Positions 10,342-19,688 of a DNA stretch of 64,000 nt are shown one piece after another (within the stretch, counting starts at the first letter, position 1; each line of letters opens with the position of its first letter). The DNA comes from a bacterium (GTDB taxonomy: Bacteria; SAR324; NAC60-12): NCBI GenBank assembly GCA_965209155.1, contig OZ242383.1, positions 928,001 through 992,000 on the forward strand, in the 5' to 3' direction. The position numbers and the translations under genes are program-made. Below the pieces are notes generated by a model. That model saw only the letters and a program-made list of their open reading frames with translations, was not told the DNA's origin and searched no databases.

Positions 10342-10358
10342 TTCAAGCAGTGTGCCAA
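10342..10358 (-). promoter_or_regulatory. Sigma54 (-24/-12) promoter upstream of oppA cluster 1
   Basis: Minus strand TTGGCACACTGCTTGAA (TGGCAC-N5-TTGA; one deviation from TTGC); identical copy at 42052-42068. Confidence 0.75.
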
Positions 10359-10433
10359 ATCTGAGACTATTCAGTTAACTTACTGTAATTATTATCTATT
10401 TTAAAAAAGGGGAGGGTTGGGTATGAGAAGCAA

Positions 10434-10544
10434 GTGTCTACATATATTGACACTACTAGATCGGAAAGAGAGGTTAACTCATTGATATTTAATATTTAAA
10501 CAACAAAATCTAGGTTTTAAGACATATGTCTCATATTCTGGACA
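10434..10544. promoter_or_regulatory. Enhancer pair TGTC-N10-GACA with an intervening IHF site
   Basis: Palindromes at 10435-10452 and 10527-10544, 92 bp apart; TATCAATGAGTTA (minus strand, 10475-10487) fits the IHF consensus WATCAANNNNTTR. Confidence 0.7.
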
Positions 10545-10648
10545 CTTTTATATTTATTTTATCTGATGAAACCATGTCCTTTGGGCGGGAATCCGAATGC
10601 GGCCCATCCTAGTCATGGTCAGAGATAATCGGCTCTGCCAGAAACGTG

Positions 10649-10822
10649 CCCGTGTTCGTAATCGTGCTCGTGCTCGTGCTCGATAGAAACGTTCCCGATT
10701 CCCTTGAGAGGAGGATTCCGAATAGAAGAGACGGCAGGGAATCCAGGATTCTCTGGGATACCGTTTCGTTCACGAGCACGAGTACGGCTCACGATTACGA
10801 TCACGAGACGCCCCTTCCAGGT
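10649..10822. repeat. ~175-bp element with inverted CTCGTG/CACGAG hexamer arms, copy 1
   Basis: CGTGCT hexamer run on the left, CACGAG run on the right; inverted homologue at 29057-29230. Confidence 0.8.
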
Positions 10823-10845
10823 CCTCATCAAAACCACCTTCTATG

Positions 10846-10887
10846 GCGGACGGCTAGTCGCGGACGGCTAGTCGCGAACGGCCAGTC
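10846..10887. repeat. 14-bp tandem repeat x3
   Basis: GCGGACGGCTAGTC GCGGACGGCTAGTC GCGAACGGCCAGTC. Confidence 0.85.
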
Positions 10888-10903
10888 AAGGTGAATTTTT
10901 TAC

Positions 10904-13900
10904 TTAAGGTCTTGGGATAGTACGAATTCCGTACTTTTTCATCTTATTGTAGAGGGCTGCGCGGGAGATTCCGAGGGCGGCAGCGGTTTTTACCTTGTGG
11001 CCCTGGGAATTTTTCAGGGCGCTGAGAATCGTCGCTTTTTCATAATCCGCAACGGCCTGATCCAGCGCCATTTTCCTGGGGTTGGTGTTATCTCTGAAAT
11101 TTGAAGTTTCGCTGATTTTGGAATTTATCCGTTCTCCCGGAAAATCAATCTCTCCCTGGGAGACATAGCGATGCAGGGTGTTTTGCAACTCCCGGACATT
11201 GCCCGGCCAATCGTAAACCTGCAGGGCTTCCAGAAATCCCGGTGTGATGGGCTTTCCTTTATGAAGCGATGCTGTGGATTTCAATAAATGCTCGACCAGC
11301 AGGGGGATATCCTCTTTTCTTTCCCGGAGCGGGGGCAGGCGAATGGGAAAGACATGAATCCGGTAATAGAAATCTTCTCGAATTTGCCCCGTCTTTACCC
11401 GATCACTCAGGTCCTGGTTTGAGGCTGCAATGAAGCGGATATCGGGCTTGATGACCTTGGTGGTGCCAACCGGGGTAAAGCCACTGCCCTCCAGGACACG
11501 AAGCAGTTTAACCTGCAGGTTCAGCCCGATATCGGCCAGTTCATCCAGGAACAAAGTGCCTTTGTCGGTCAGGTGCAGGAAACCGCGCTGATCGCTGTCG
11601 GCCCCGGTGAAAGCCCCTTTTTTGTGTCCAAAGAACTCGCTCTCGATCAGGTTTTCGGAGATGGCCCCGAGGTTCACCGGGAAAAACACTTGCTCCTTGC
11701 GGTCACTGGCCTCGTGAATGGCCCGGGAGACCAGTTCTTTCCCGGTTCCCGATTCGCCGTAGAGGATCACGTTCGCATCGGTGGCCGCCGCTTGTAAAAT
11801 CAGCTCATATACCCGTTGCATGGGCTCGCTTTTTCCGATAATGTCGCCAAACCGAAAGCGGTCTTTGCTGCGGGTTCGCAGGCGGACATTTTCTTCACGC
11901 AGGGAGGTTTCGCTCGCTTTCAGCTCGTCCAGCGCCTTTTTGAGGTTTTCGTGAAGCCTGGCGTTTTCCAGGGAAATGGCGATCTGGGAGCTAAGGTGTT
12001 TGATCACCTCGAATCGTCGGGAGGTGAAGGCTCCCTCAACCAGGTTGTTTTCCAGGTAAATGATTCCACTCAGGACGGACTGATGAGTGATCGGTGCGCA
12101 CAGGATGGATTTAGGACGTTCCCGTTTAATATAGTCATCCTCGACAAACCGTTCCTCCCGAGAGGCGTTGTCCAAAACCAGGTGTTCCCGGGTTTGTTTC
12201 ACCCAGGAGATGATCAAGAGGGAGATAGAGCCGACCTTTTCCACAGGCAGGGAAAGCGGTAGAAAACATTCGACCTGCTCGGCGCTCCCGCGGGCAGCAA
12301 TGAGAGACTGACCTTCGGTTTCCAGAATCAGGGTTGCTGTCTGGGCTCCGGCATTTTCCATGAGAATGCGGAGCAGGATCTCCAGCAGCGGTTCCAACTC
12401 AAGGGTACTGGAGATGGTCTCCGAGGCTTTGAGCATCGTTGCCAGGTCCAGGTTGGCCGAAGGAGACACCGCCCCTTCGGCACGATCATCGACAATCAAC
12501 CCGGGATATCGAGACTTCAGGTGCGCGACCTTCCGTTTTGCCCCCCAGGCTTCGTACTGCTCCATTGCTGAGTGCAGGTAAGACCTGGCGGCGGCGCTCT
12601 GCCTCTGGTTGAGCAAGTACCTGGCTGCCAGTTCATCGGCCAGGGCTTCCTCGTGGATAAACTCGCTCTCTCTGGCCAAAGCGATGGCCTGGTCATAGTG
12701 GTGCATAATGGTATCGGGTTCACCCTCCAAAATTCGCATCCGTTCGGCTTCCACCAGGTGATATTTATGCAAATAATTGGGCGGTGCGCAGCGCGCCAGT
12801 TTCTCCAATGTATCTTGATTGTCATCGACCTGGGTGAGGATCTCCTCCTTTTCCCCCTCGCTCCCCTGGCCGTAAACCGCCAGGAGAGCGAGGGATTGGT
12901 AGCAGTTGGCCAGGGGATCACCAAGGGAATCCTTGTAAGTTTTCATCAGGTTGATCATTTCAAAAACCGTCTCCCGGGCTGCTTCATATTCTTCGAACAG
13001 GTATTGCAGCACCAGCTTTTGGTAATTAAAATGGCTCTGTTCAGGATAGACGAACTCTGCACCTGTCACCCTGTGGTATTGATCCATGATGACGCTCGAC
13101 AGGGGCGAAGGTTCCTCCATTAGAATCGTGACCGCCTTCATCTGCATTTCGGCATGGCGAGACCCGAGAATAGAATCGATCTTCTTGAGAGCAAGCTTCA
13201 ACGTCGACAATTCCCCTTTCAGCCAATTCAGCTCCTTCCCGCACATAAACGCTATACGACACCTTGCGACGGCGCTAGCACCGGCATTGATGAAATCTCC
13301 CGTCTCGATTCCCATCTTATGAGCTTCCAGCAAGGGCTCCAATGACGCCGATAGCGGCTCCCGATAGAACCGGGTCGCGCCGTTGAAATACGTGGAAACT
13401 CTACAGTTTATTTCCTTCAGATCAAGCGCTTCCATGAGCTGTATGCCCAGACGAGCGAGTTCATAACCAAATTCAAAATCCTGCGTAAACACGCAATATA
13501 TAAATCCAAGGAGACAATAGAATTCGGGTGAATATTCAGGATAAAAATAATTGAGCAGAAAAGAGATACGTTTTGCAGCGATGGGCTGCCAAAGACCGTC
13601 ATCCAAGGTAGTCCCAGCCACGCCATATGGCATATGGAGCTCATACAGGATGTGAACAAGGACCTCGGCATCCGGTTGGGTGAGCGGCTCAAAGCGCATC
13701 ACGTCTGCGACGCTTTTACCGGCCAGGCTGGATTTGATTTGAACCAGGGTCTGCTGCCACTGGTCGGGAGACAAATGGCTCAGTTGACACCCCAATTTCT
13801 CTAGAATCTCCGCGCCTATTTCCATGGCCTTCTTTAATTCGCCCTGGGTCGTATACGCCTGGATCCGGTATCGATAAACATTGACCAGGTCCAGGTCCTT

Positions 13901-16900
13901 TTGGGCGTTGTCTTTTACGGCACCGGCCAGCTTCTCCATCAACTCGAAGCGTCCGCAGAGCCATGACATCTCCGTGGCGGCTTCATGCAGGGATAAGGCC
14001 AGGGGATATTGCCGTTTCCAGGCGGCAACCCCTAAAAGCTCCAGGCCGATGGTAAAATATTGCAGGGCCTGTTCAAAAGCCGAAGCCGCCCTGGCCTTAA
14101 GACCGGCTTCCAGGTTGAGTTCCGCCAGGTGCGATCGTTCTTTCGCCCTGTTGTTCACCCTCCGGGCCAGGTTGAGATGGTGGACGATGTCAAAGAGCAG
14201 ATTATCCCTTTCCTCCGGAGCGGATTGCTTGAGCAGGGTCTGACCGATTTGAAGATGGACCGACTGTCTCTCCTTTTCGGCAATGAGAGCATAGGCAGCC
14301 TGCTGCACCCGGTCATGCAGGAATTTGTAGCTGCCACCCTCAGTGTTCGCTCCGTCCGGGGGATTATCCGGCTGCGGAGCCTGGGAAAAATCGAGGATCA
14401 ACCCGGTTTCCAGGGCCGGCAACAGGTTCTCATAGAGCTCCTCGCTTCCGGATCCGCTGATCAGTTCCAACGATTCCAGGTCAAAGGTATTGCCGATGCA
14501 GGCCGCCAGGCTTAAGAGTCGCCTGGTTTCAGAGGAAAACCGGTGGAGCCGGTCTATCAGCAAATCCACCACATTCTCGGTCACCACCAGGAATTCGATG
14601 GCAGCCAGCTCCCAGGTCCATCGTTTTTCCTCAGGGGAGTAGCGGATCAGCTCCTTCTCGGAGAGTACGGTCAAGAACTGGCTCACAAAGAAGGGATTGC
14701 CGCCGGTTTTGCGCACCAGGACCTCTGTCAGCGGGTTTGCCTCCTCAGGACGGCAGTGGCAGGTTTGGACGAGCAGTTGTGAGATGTTCTCTGGGTTCAA
14801 GGGTTTTAAGGGAATCGTTTGCACAGGCTGGCCTGATTTTTTGATCACCTCACAACTGATCGTCAGCCGGTGGCCGGCATCCACCTCGTTGTCGCGATAG
14901 GCTCCCAGGAAGAGCAGAGGTTTCCCCTCTTGATCCTGAGCGATCCGTTCCATCAGCTTGAGGGTATCGGCGTCCACCCACTGCAAGTCGTCCAGAAAAA
15001 TAACCAGCGGATGGGTTTTTTCACAGAAAAGGTCGATGAAATCCAGTAAAACGGCAGTGAAGCGGTTCCGGGACTCCAGCGCTCCCATTTCCGGTAGCGG
15101 GGGTTGCGGGCCGATCACCTGTTCCAGTTCCGGAATCACCCGGGTTATCAGTTGTCCGTTGGGTCCCAGCGCTGCCCATATCCTGTTTTTCCAACGCTCC
15201 AATTCGGATTTGTCTTCAACCGGTATCTCCCGGGTGAGTCCCCGCAGCGCCTGGATCAGGGCGCTGTATGAGATATTGTGCCGGAGCTGATCAAATTTGC
15301 CGGAGATGAAGAAGCCATTTTTTTGGGCAACGGACCGGTGAATTTCACCGACCAGTGCGGTTTTACCGACACCGGCGGATCCCGAGACCAACACCATCTC
15401 GGTTGCTCCCTGGCTGACTCGCTCCAGGGCGGCCTCCAGGGCGGCGATTTCATCCTCCCGGCCGTAAAGCCCCGGGGCGATCTGCAGTTCTTTGGGAATG
15501 TCATGGCGGCCCAGGGGAAAATCGGACAGGTTTTCCTGGTTTTCCAGTTGCTCCACACATGCCAGGAGATCGGCTGAAAGGCCCGAGTGGCTCTGGTAGC
15601 GCGCCTCGGCACGCTTTGCCAGCAGTTTCATCACCAGGCGGGAAAGGACTCTGGGTACTTGCGGTTCAATCTCGTCAGGGAGTACAGGCTTCCGGGCAAT
15701 GTGAGCGTGGATAATTTCCATGGCCTCCCGGGATTCGAAAGGCACTCTCCCACTGAAAAGTTCATAAAGGGTAGCCCCCAGGGAATAAAAATCACTGCGA
15801 TAATCGAGGGGGCGGTTCATCCGGCCGGTCTGCTCGGGGGAGATATAGGGCAAGGTTTCCCCGCTTAGCTGGGGACTCAACGTCGTCAAATTTTCCTTAG
15901 GCAACCGGGTGGCCAGGCCGAAACCGCTCAGTTTGACCGTCCCCGATGCCGGATCGACAAAAATATTCAACGGATTGATCATTTTATGAAGAATACCCTG
16001 CCGGTGCACTTCTTTCAGGGTGCTGGTCAATGAAACCGCTATCTTCAGCGAGTCCAGCAGGTCGAGCCGGGCGGCATCCATCAGCTTTCTTAAAGGGAGC
16101 GCATCAGTATTTTCCAGGATCAAAGCCCATCCGTTTTCACACTGCGCCAGTTCCTCTGACCTGAGGACCCCATCGATCTCGAGAGCCTGAGTGATCTCAT
16201 GCTCATGCCGTATTTCTGCCAGCTCCTGGGCGCTCTGCTCGGAAGATGCCGCTCCCTTGATCAGGACCAAAAGCCCGTCGCTTTGCCGCTTGCCGCGCCA
16301 GAGCCGGGTCCGCCCACTTTCAAAAATGACCTCCTCCAGCGAGTAACCCGGGACCTCGGGTTTTTCCCCACTGGAAACGAACTTTGTTTTGTTCACAACT
16401 GGTTCAGGAGGTACAGAAGCCGCTTTATTCGCTTTGGCCGCAGATTTCCGCAGATTTCCGCGGATGTTAGATGCTTTGGGTTTAACAACCTGCTGCTTGC
16501 GGGGGGGCTTTTTTATCATCTCTTCGACGAATTCCTTTTCAAAGGTTTCCTCTTCAGATTGGTGGATAATTTCTATCTTCGTGTCATGGAGTCTGCAAAC
16601 CTCTTCCAACAGTTCAAAGTCAAAGCGAAGCAAACGCTCTTTGCGGAGGACGTAGATCGTTTCTGCTTGATTATTGATGATGGTGAAGAGCAATTGTTTC
16701 CATCCTGGCTTCTTGTCGTTGATGCCACCTCCGATATCCGTGATGATTTGATAGGGGCTTCCTTGAAGCGCAAGATAGGATTCAATCAATTGTTCTTCTC
16801 TGAGAAGATCATCTTGTTGATGAGGGGAATCCACACACGCATACCCTAGATTGATCCTGTTTTTGGGTTGATCGTTCTGGAGGACTTGTGCCAGTTGTTC

Positions 16901-17026
16901 GTCGCTATACATTCGGTGACCTCCCTGGCTCCTGTAGGCAGGCACAAGGATCCCTTTTCGCTCCCATATCCTGATGGTTTCAACGGTTTTCCCAACCTTT
17001 TTTGCAAATGGACCAATACTGTACAT
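10904..17026 (-). CDS. Giant sigma54-dependent activator 1: IS607-TnpA-derived N-terminus, Ser/Thr pseudokinase, AAA (STAND-like), helical region, GAF, sigma54 AAA+, Fis HTH
   Basis: MerR-type HTH plus resolvase-like region (aa ~1-171); YISPEQTGRMN..DYRSDFYSLG; SGSAGVGKT and LDDLQW; GIIYLEN GAF; GESGTGKE, GAFTGA, LFLDE, WPGNVREL; LGISRAALYNK. Confidence 0.9.
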   Translation of the reverse strand: MYSIGPFAKKVGKTVETIRIWERKGILVPAYRSQGGHRMYSDEQLAQVLQNDQPKNRINLGYACVDSPHQQDDLLREEQLIESYLALQGSPYQIITDIGGGINDKKPGWKQLLFTIINNQAETIYVLRKERLLRFDFELLEEVCRLHDTKIEIIHQSEEETFEKEFVEEMIKKPPRKQQVVKPKASNIRGNLRKSAAKANKAASVPPEPVVNKTKFVSSGEKPEVPGYSLEEVIFESGRTRLWRGKRQSDGLLVLIKGAASSEQSAQELAEIRHEHEITQALEIDGVLRSEELAQCENGWALILENTDALPLRKLMDAARLDLLDSLKIAVSLTSTLKEVHRQGILHKMINPLNIFVDPASGTVKLSGFGLATRLPKENLTTLSPQLSGETLPYISPEQTGRMNRPLDYRSDFYSLGATLYELFSGRVPFESREAMEIIHAHIARKPVLPDEIEPQVPRVLSRLVMKLLAKRAEARYQSHSGLSADLLACVEQLENQENLSDFPLGRHDIPKELQIAPGLYGREDEIAALEAALERVSQGATEMVLVSGSAGVGKTALVGEIHRSVAQKNGFFISGKFDQLRHNISYSALIQALRGLTREIPVEDKSELERWKNRIWAALGPNGQLITRVIPELEQVIGPQPPLPEMGALESRNRFTAVLLDFIDLFCEKTHPLVIFLDDLQWVDADTLKLMERIAQDQEGKPLLFLGAYRDNEVDAGHRLTISCEVIKKSGQPVQTIPLKPLNPENISQLLVQTCHCRPEEANPLTEVLVRKTGGNPFFVSQFLTVLSEKELIRYSPEEKRWTWELAAIEFLVVTENVVDLLIDRLHRFSSETRRLLSLAACIGNTFDLESLELISGSGSEELYENLLPALETGLILDFSQAPQPDNPPDGANTEGGSYKFLHDRVQQAAYALIAEKERQSVHLQIGQTLLKQSAPEERDNLLFDIVHHLNLARRVNNRAKERSHLAELNLEAGLKARAASAFEQALQYFTIGLELLGVAAWKRQYPLALSLHEAATEMSWLCGRFELMEKLAGAVKDNAQKDLDLVNVYRYRIQAYTTQGELKKAMEIGAEILEKLGCQLSHLSPDQWQQTLVQIKSSLAGKSVADVMRFEPLTQPDAEVLVHILYELHMPYGVAGTTLDDGLWQPIAAKRISFLLNYFYPEYSPEFYCLLGFIYCVFTQDFEFGYELARLGIQLMEALDLKEINCRVSTYFNGATRFYREPLSASLEPLLEAHKMGIETGDFINAGASAVARCRIAFMCGKELNWLKGELSTLKLALKKIDSILGSRHAEMQMKAVTILMEEPSPLSSVIMDQYHRVTGAEFVYPEQSHFNYQKLVLQYLFEEYEAARETVFEMINLMKTYKDSLGDPLANCYQSLALLAVYGQGSEGEKEEILTQVDDNQDTLEKLARCAPPNYLHKYHLVEAERMRILEGEPDTIMHHYDQAIALARESEFIHEEALADELAARYLLNQRQSAAARSYLHSAMEQYEAWGAKRKVAHLKSRYPGLIVDDRAEGAVSPSANLDLATMLKASETISSTLELEPLLEILLRILMENAGAQTATLILETEGQSLIAARGSAEQVECFLPLSLPVEKVGSISLLIISWVKQTREHLVLDNASREERFVEDDYIKRERPKSILCAPITHQSVLSGIIYLENNLVEGAFTSRRFEVIKHLSSQIAISLENARLHENLKKALDELKASETSLREENVRLRTRSKDRFRFGDIIGKSEPMQRVYELILQAAATDANVILYGESGTGKELVSRAIHEASDRKEQVFFPVNLGAISENLIESEFFGHKKGAFTGADSDQRGFLHLTDKGTLFLDELADIGLNLQVKLLRVLEGSGFTPVGTTKVIKPDIRFIAASNQDLSDRVKTGQIREDFYYRIHVFPIRLPPLRERKEDIPLLVEHLLKSTASLHKGKPITPGFLEALQVYDWPGNVRELQNTLHRYVSQGEIDFPGERINSKISETSNFRDNTNPRKMALDQAVADYEKATILSALKNSQGHKVKTAAALGISRAALYNKMKKYGIRTIPRP

Positions 17027-17255
17027 CTGTGATCTGTCCCGAATGAGTGATTGTAATCATTCATATAAAAAAGATTTAATAACAATTCAAGATATTTACA
17101 GATATTGGTTAACTGATTTGCAAATGGACCAATACTGTACATCTGTGATCTGTCCCGAATGAGTGATTGTAATCATTCATATAAAAAAGATTTAATAACA
17201 ATTCAAGATATTTACAGATATTTAGAGATATTTACAGATATTAGTTAACTGATCC
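16514..17255 (-). mobile_element. IS607-family relic: tnpA-derived domain plus candidate left end with 10-bp direct repeats
   Basis: TnpA motifs degenerate (YACVDS, DIGGG, ERLLRFDF); AGATATTTAC-type decamers x4 at 17206-17245; no tnpB follows. Confidence 0.75.
17001..17252. repeat. Tandem duplication (period 116 bp) of the activator-1 start and upstream region
   Basis: TTTGCAAATGGACCAATACTGTACATC...GATATTTACAGATATT at 17001 and 17117; the copies carry 2 vs 4 decamers. Confidence 0.95.
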
Positions 17256-17305
17256 TACGGGAAGATCAGGAAATAGAGCTACACCCCATTCTTTCCTTTT
17301 CATCT

Positions 17306-18460
17306 CTACGGCCAGTGGTTGGGTCTCAGTTGGAGGAGAAACTCATCAACTGGCCAACACGAAATTCCATCTACTAATAGTTTTTCTGTTCCTCGATAGA
17401 GCAATATCGTGTTTGCCTCAGGATAATCCGCTTGAAACACTTTGAGGGATCTCAAGGTTTTTGGGTGGATCTGTTGGGCATTTTTAACCTCCAGCGCATA
17501 GAAATGATGGTCTCCATATAAGACAATATCCACCTCAGAGCCTCCCCGCGATCGCCAAAAATAACAATTTGCATTACCCTCAGAATAATCACACCAGGCT
17601 TTTAAATGTTGTAACACCAAACCCTCCAAGGCAAGACCCCCTATTTCCTCTGGGCTATCAATGGGCCCTTTGGGACGCAAATGGTGGTAAACCCCGGCAT
17701 CAAACAGATAAAATTTCGCTTGCGCTGTCAGGGCGCGTCTGGCTCGTTTGGTAAAGACCGGCAGCTTATATCCCAATAGGAGATCTTCAAGAATCGATAG
17801 ATAATTCTCGACAATTTTTCGGGATACCTGGCACTCTCTGGCAATATTGCTGAGGTTCAAAACACTGCCGTGTGAAAAACTAATGACTTCCAGAAATCGG
17901 GCAAAGGTTCCGATATCCCGGACTAACGCCTCTTCCTTGACCTCTTCCTTCAAATAAAGAGAGAGGTAAGCCGCCAAGGTCTTATCCGGTTTCCTTGCCG
18001 AAACAATCAAAGGGATCAACCCATTGCCGAGTGCTGCATCCAGTGAAAAATCGGCACCCATTTCCGCAGCCAGAAAGGGATGGTAACGGGTTAATAAGGC
18101 GCGGCCGGCTAATAGATTGACGCCACCCCGGCGCAATTTTCGAGTACTCGAACCGGTCAGAATAAACTGATGGGATTTGTGCTCCTCAATCAAACTGTGG
18201 ATACTGTCCAGAATTGCAGGCACTTTTTGAACTTCATCAATAATGTAACGTTTGATTTGTGGGTTTGCGGTGACGATTTGTTTGATTCGCTCGGGGTAGG
18301 CCACGTGGTTTCTGAAAGTCCTGTCGTCCAACAAGTCGATGAGGTACGCGTCCGGAAAAGTTTTTTTGAGCCAGGTTGACTTTCCTGTCCCTCTGGGACC
18401 GAAAATAAAGAAGCTATCCGCAGGAGCTTCAAAAAATCTTTTGAAATATCTGTCCCTCAT
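17306..18460 (-). CDS. AAA+ ATPase with DUF4143 (COG1373-type)
   Basis: GPRGTGKST, IIDEVQK, ILTGSS, KFYLFDAG, YFWRS..EVD..EVK. Confidence 0.85.
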   Translation of the reverse strand: MRDRYFKRFFEAPADSFFIFGPRGTGKSTWLKKTFPDAYLIDLLDDRTFRNHVAYPERIKQIVTANPQIKRYIIDEVQKVPAILDSIHSLIEEHKSHQFILTGSSTRKLRRGGVNLLAGRALLTRYHPFLAAEMGADFSLDAALGNGLIPLIVSARKPDKTLAAYLSLYLKEEVKEEALVRDIGTFARFLEVISFSHGSVLNLSNIARECQVSRKIVENYLSILEDLLLGYKLPVFTKRARRALTAQAKFYLFDAGVYHHLRPKGPIDSPEEIGGLALEGLVLQHLKAWCDYSEGNANCYFWRSRGGSEVDIVLYGDHHFYALEVKNAQQIHPKTLRSLKVFQADYPEANTILLYRGTEKLLVDGISCWPVDEFLLQLRPNHWP

Positions 18461-18618
18461 CGATTCCTTTCGCTCACAATATTTTAACTGAATAGTAAAA
18501 ATTGAGTCTTAATTTTTCCTTTTCAGGTAAAATTATCAAGCTATATTGGACAAAATCTCTCCTTTCGTTACACCCGCCACATCACTCCCTGAAATCATTC
18601 CCCAGCCGATTGGTCTGG

Positions 18619-18700
18619 TTATGACCACCCCTTGTCGACGGCCTTCAGACTCCCGTCAATGTTGATGAACGTTCCCGAAACGAAGTCAGAGGTCTGGGAG
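18619..18700 (-). pseudogene. C-terminal fragment of an unrelated SDR gene
   Basis: Manual translation SQTSDFVSGTFINIDGSLKAVDKGWS* resembles the SDR terminal motif SxFVxG..IxIDGG. Confidence 0.5.
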
Positions 18701-18734
18701 GTAGGATGAATTTATAATAATTTGACCCATTGTA

Positions 18735-18881
18735 CTAGGGATTTCCTCCGGGGGGAAGGACATCGGCCAGTTGGTCACGGACCCCGTAGGGGTCGAAGAG
18801 GGCTTCTACTTGAGCCCAAGTGGTGGGATCCACCGGGATGCCCTGGTCCAACCGCTCTTGGCGCGTCTTGGTGGATCTTTC
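18735..18881 (-). pseudogene. 3' fragment of an Ldh_2 gene
   Basis: ERSTKTRQERLDQGIPVDPTTWAQVEALFDPYGVRDQL; closest to the copy ending at 21569. Confidence 0.9.
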
Positions 18882-18980
18882 TCTCGAATTTGATTTTAAA
18901 TTTCTGAAATGAATCACTTGTTAATATTCAAACTACTATTATAATATTAGTTATTGAATAAAATACTCTTAAATACTAAT

Positions 18981-19304
18981 ATGATATCACTATTAACAAC
19001 AGCAAAAGCACAAAAGGCCTTAGCGCAAAACTTGCAGGAACAGCGTGTGGGTATGGGATTCACCCAGGAAGGTTTAGCCAAACGATCGGGTGTGCCTTTA
19101 GCCACATTACGCAAATTTGAACAAAAAAGTCTCATTTCTTTGGAATCCTTTCTAAAACTTGCCATGAGTCTAGGGTTGTTAGAAGCGATCGTGAAAGCGA
19201 CCCAACAAAAATCTATCGAATTCTCGTCCATTGATGAATTAATTCAGGAAGGACAAACTGCCCAAACCCAAAAGCGCATTCGTAAAAAAGGGTGGCGGAG
19301 ATGA
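18981..19304 (+). CDS. XRE-family HTH regulator (HipB-like antitoxin), partner toxin missing
   Basis: TQEGLAKRSGVPLATLRKFEQ..ISLESF; an overlapping ATG at the stop is cut off immediately. Confidence 0.75.
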   Translation: MISLLTTAKAQKALAQNLQEQRVGMGFTQEGLAKRSGVPLATLRKFEQKSLISLESFLKLAMSLGLLEAIVKATQQKSIEFSSIDELIQEGQTAQTQKRIRKKGWRR

Positions 19305-19688
19305 GATGGATGACTGGTGGAACTGTTTGTGCCCCGGTTTGAGGCACTATTTCATTTTCCATTTGTGCCCCGCCTTGGGGCACAATTACTTCAGTCTCCG
19401 AAAAACCTGAAAAAAACTCATAAAACTTCTTCACATAGTATAGATTACGTCGGGAAAACCCTGGACATCGGGAAATTCTGATGTCAAGTCCTTTGATCAC
19501 TGATCAATCACCTTATTTCCCCAGATATTTTCCTGAAACTTTCCGGAGATGGATTCTCCCAGATCCCAATAAAACCAAATCAATTCCCGACTGGCTGCAA
19601 GAGCAGCATGAACCTGCACACTGGTGATTTTTTCCTTAATCTCCTGAAGCCAACAGGTATATTCAGGAGTTGAGCTGAGTTGTGTCAT
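19300..19688 (-). pseudogene. YhcG/DUF1016 N-terminal fragment
   Basis: ELIWFYWDLG..WGNKVIDQ*SKDL..GFSRRNL; in-frame stop, frameshift and truncation. Confidence 0.8.

Noticed and set aside
16000..16514. tnpB or omega-RNA following the IS607 tnpA
   Set aside because: TnpA runs straight into a linker and the kinase-like domain; no RuvC or zinc-finger motifs
9775..17252. CRISPR array among the tandem repeats (9775-9907, 10846-10887, 17001-17252)
   Set aside because: No unique spacers between repeats and no cas genes in the window
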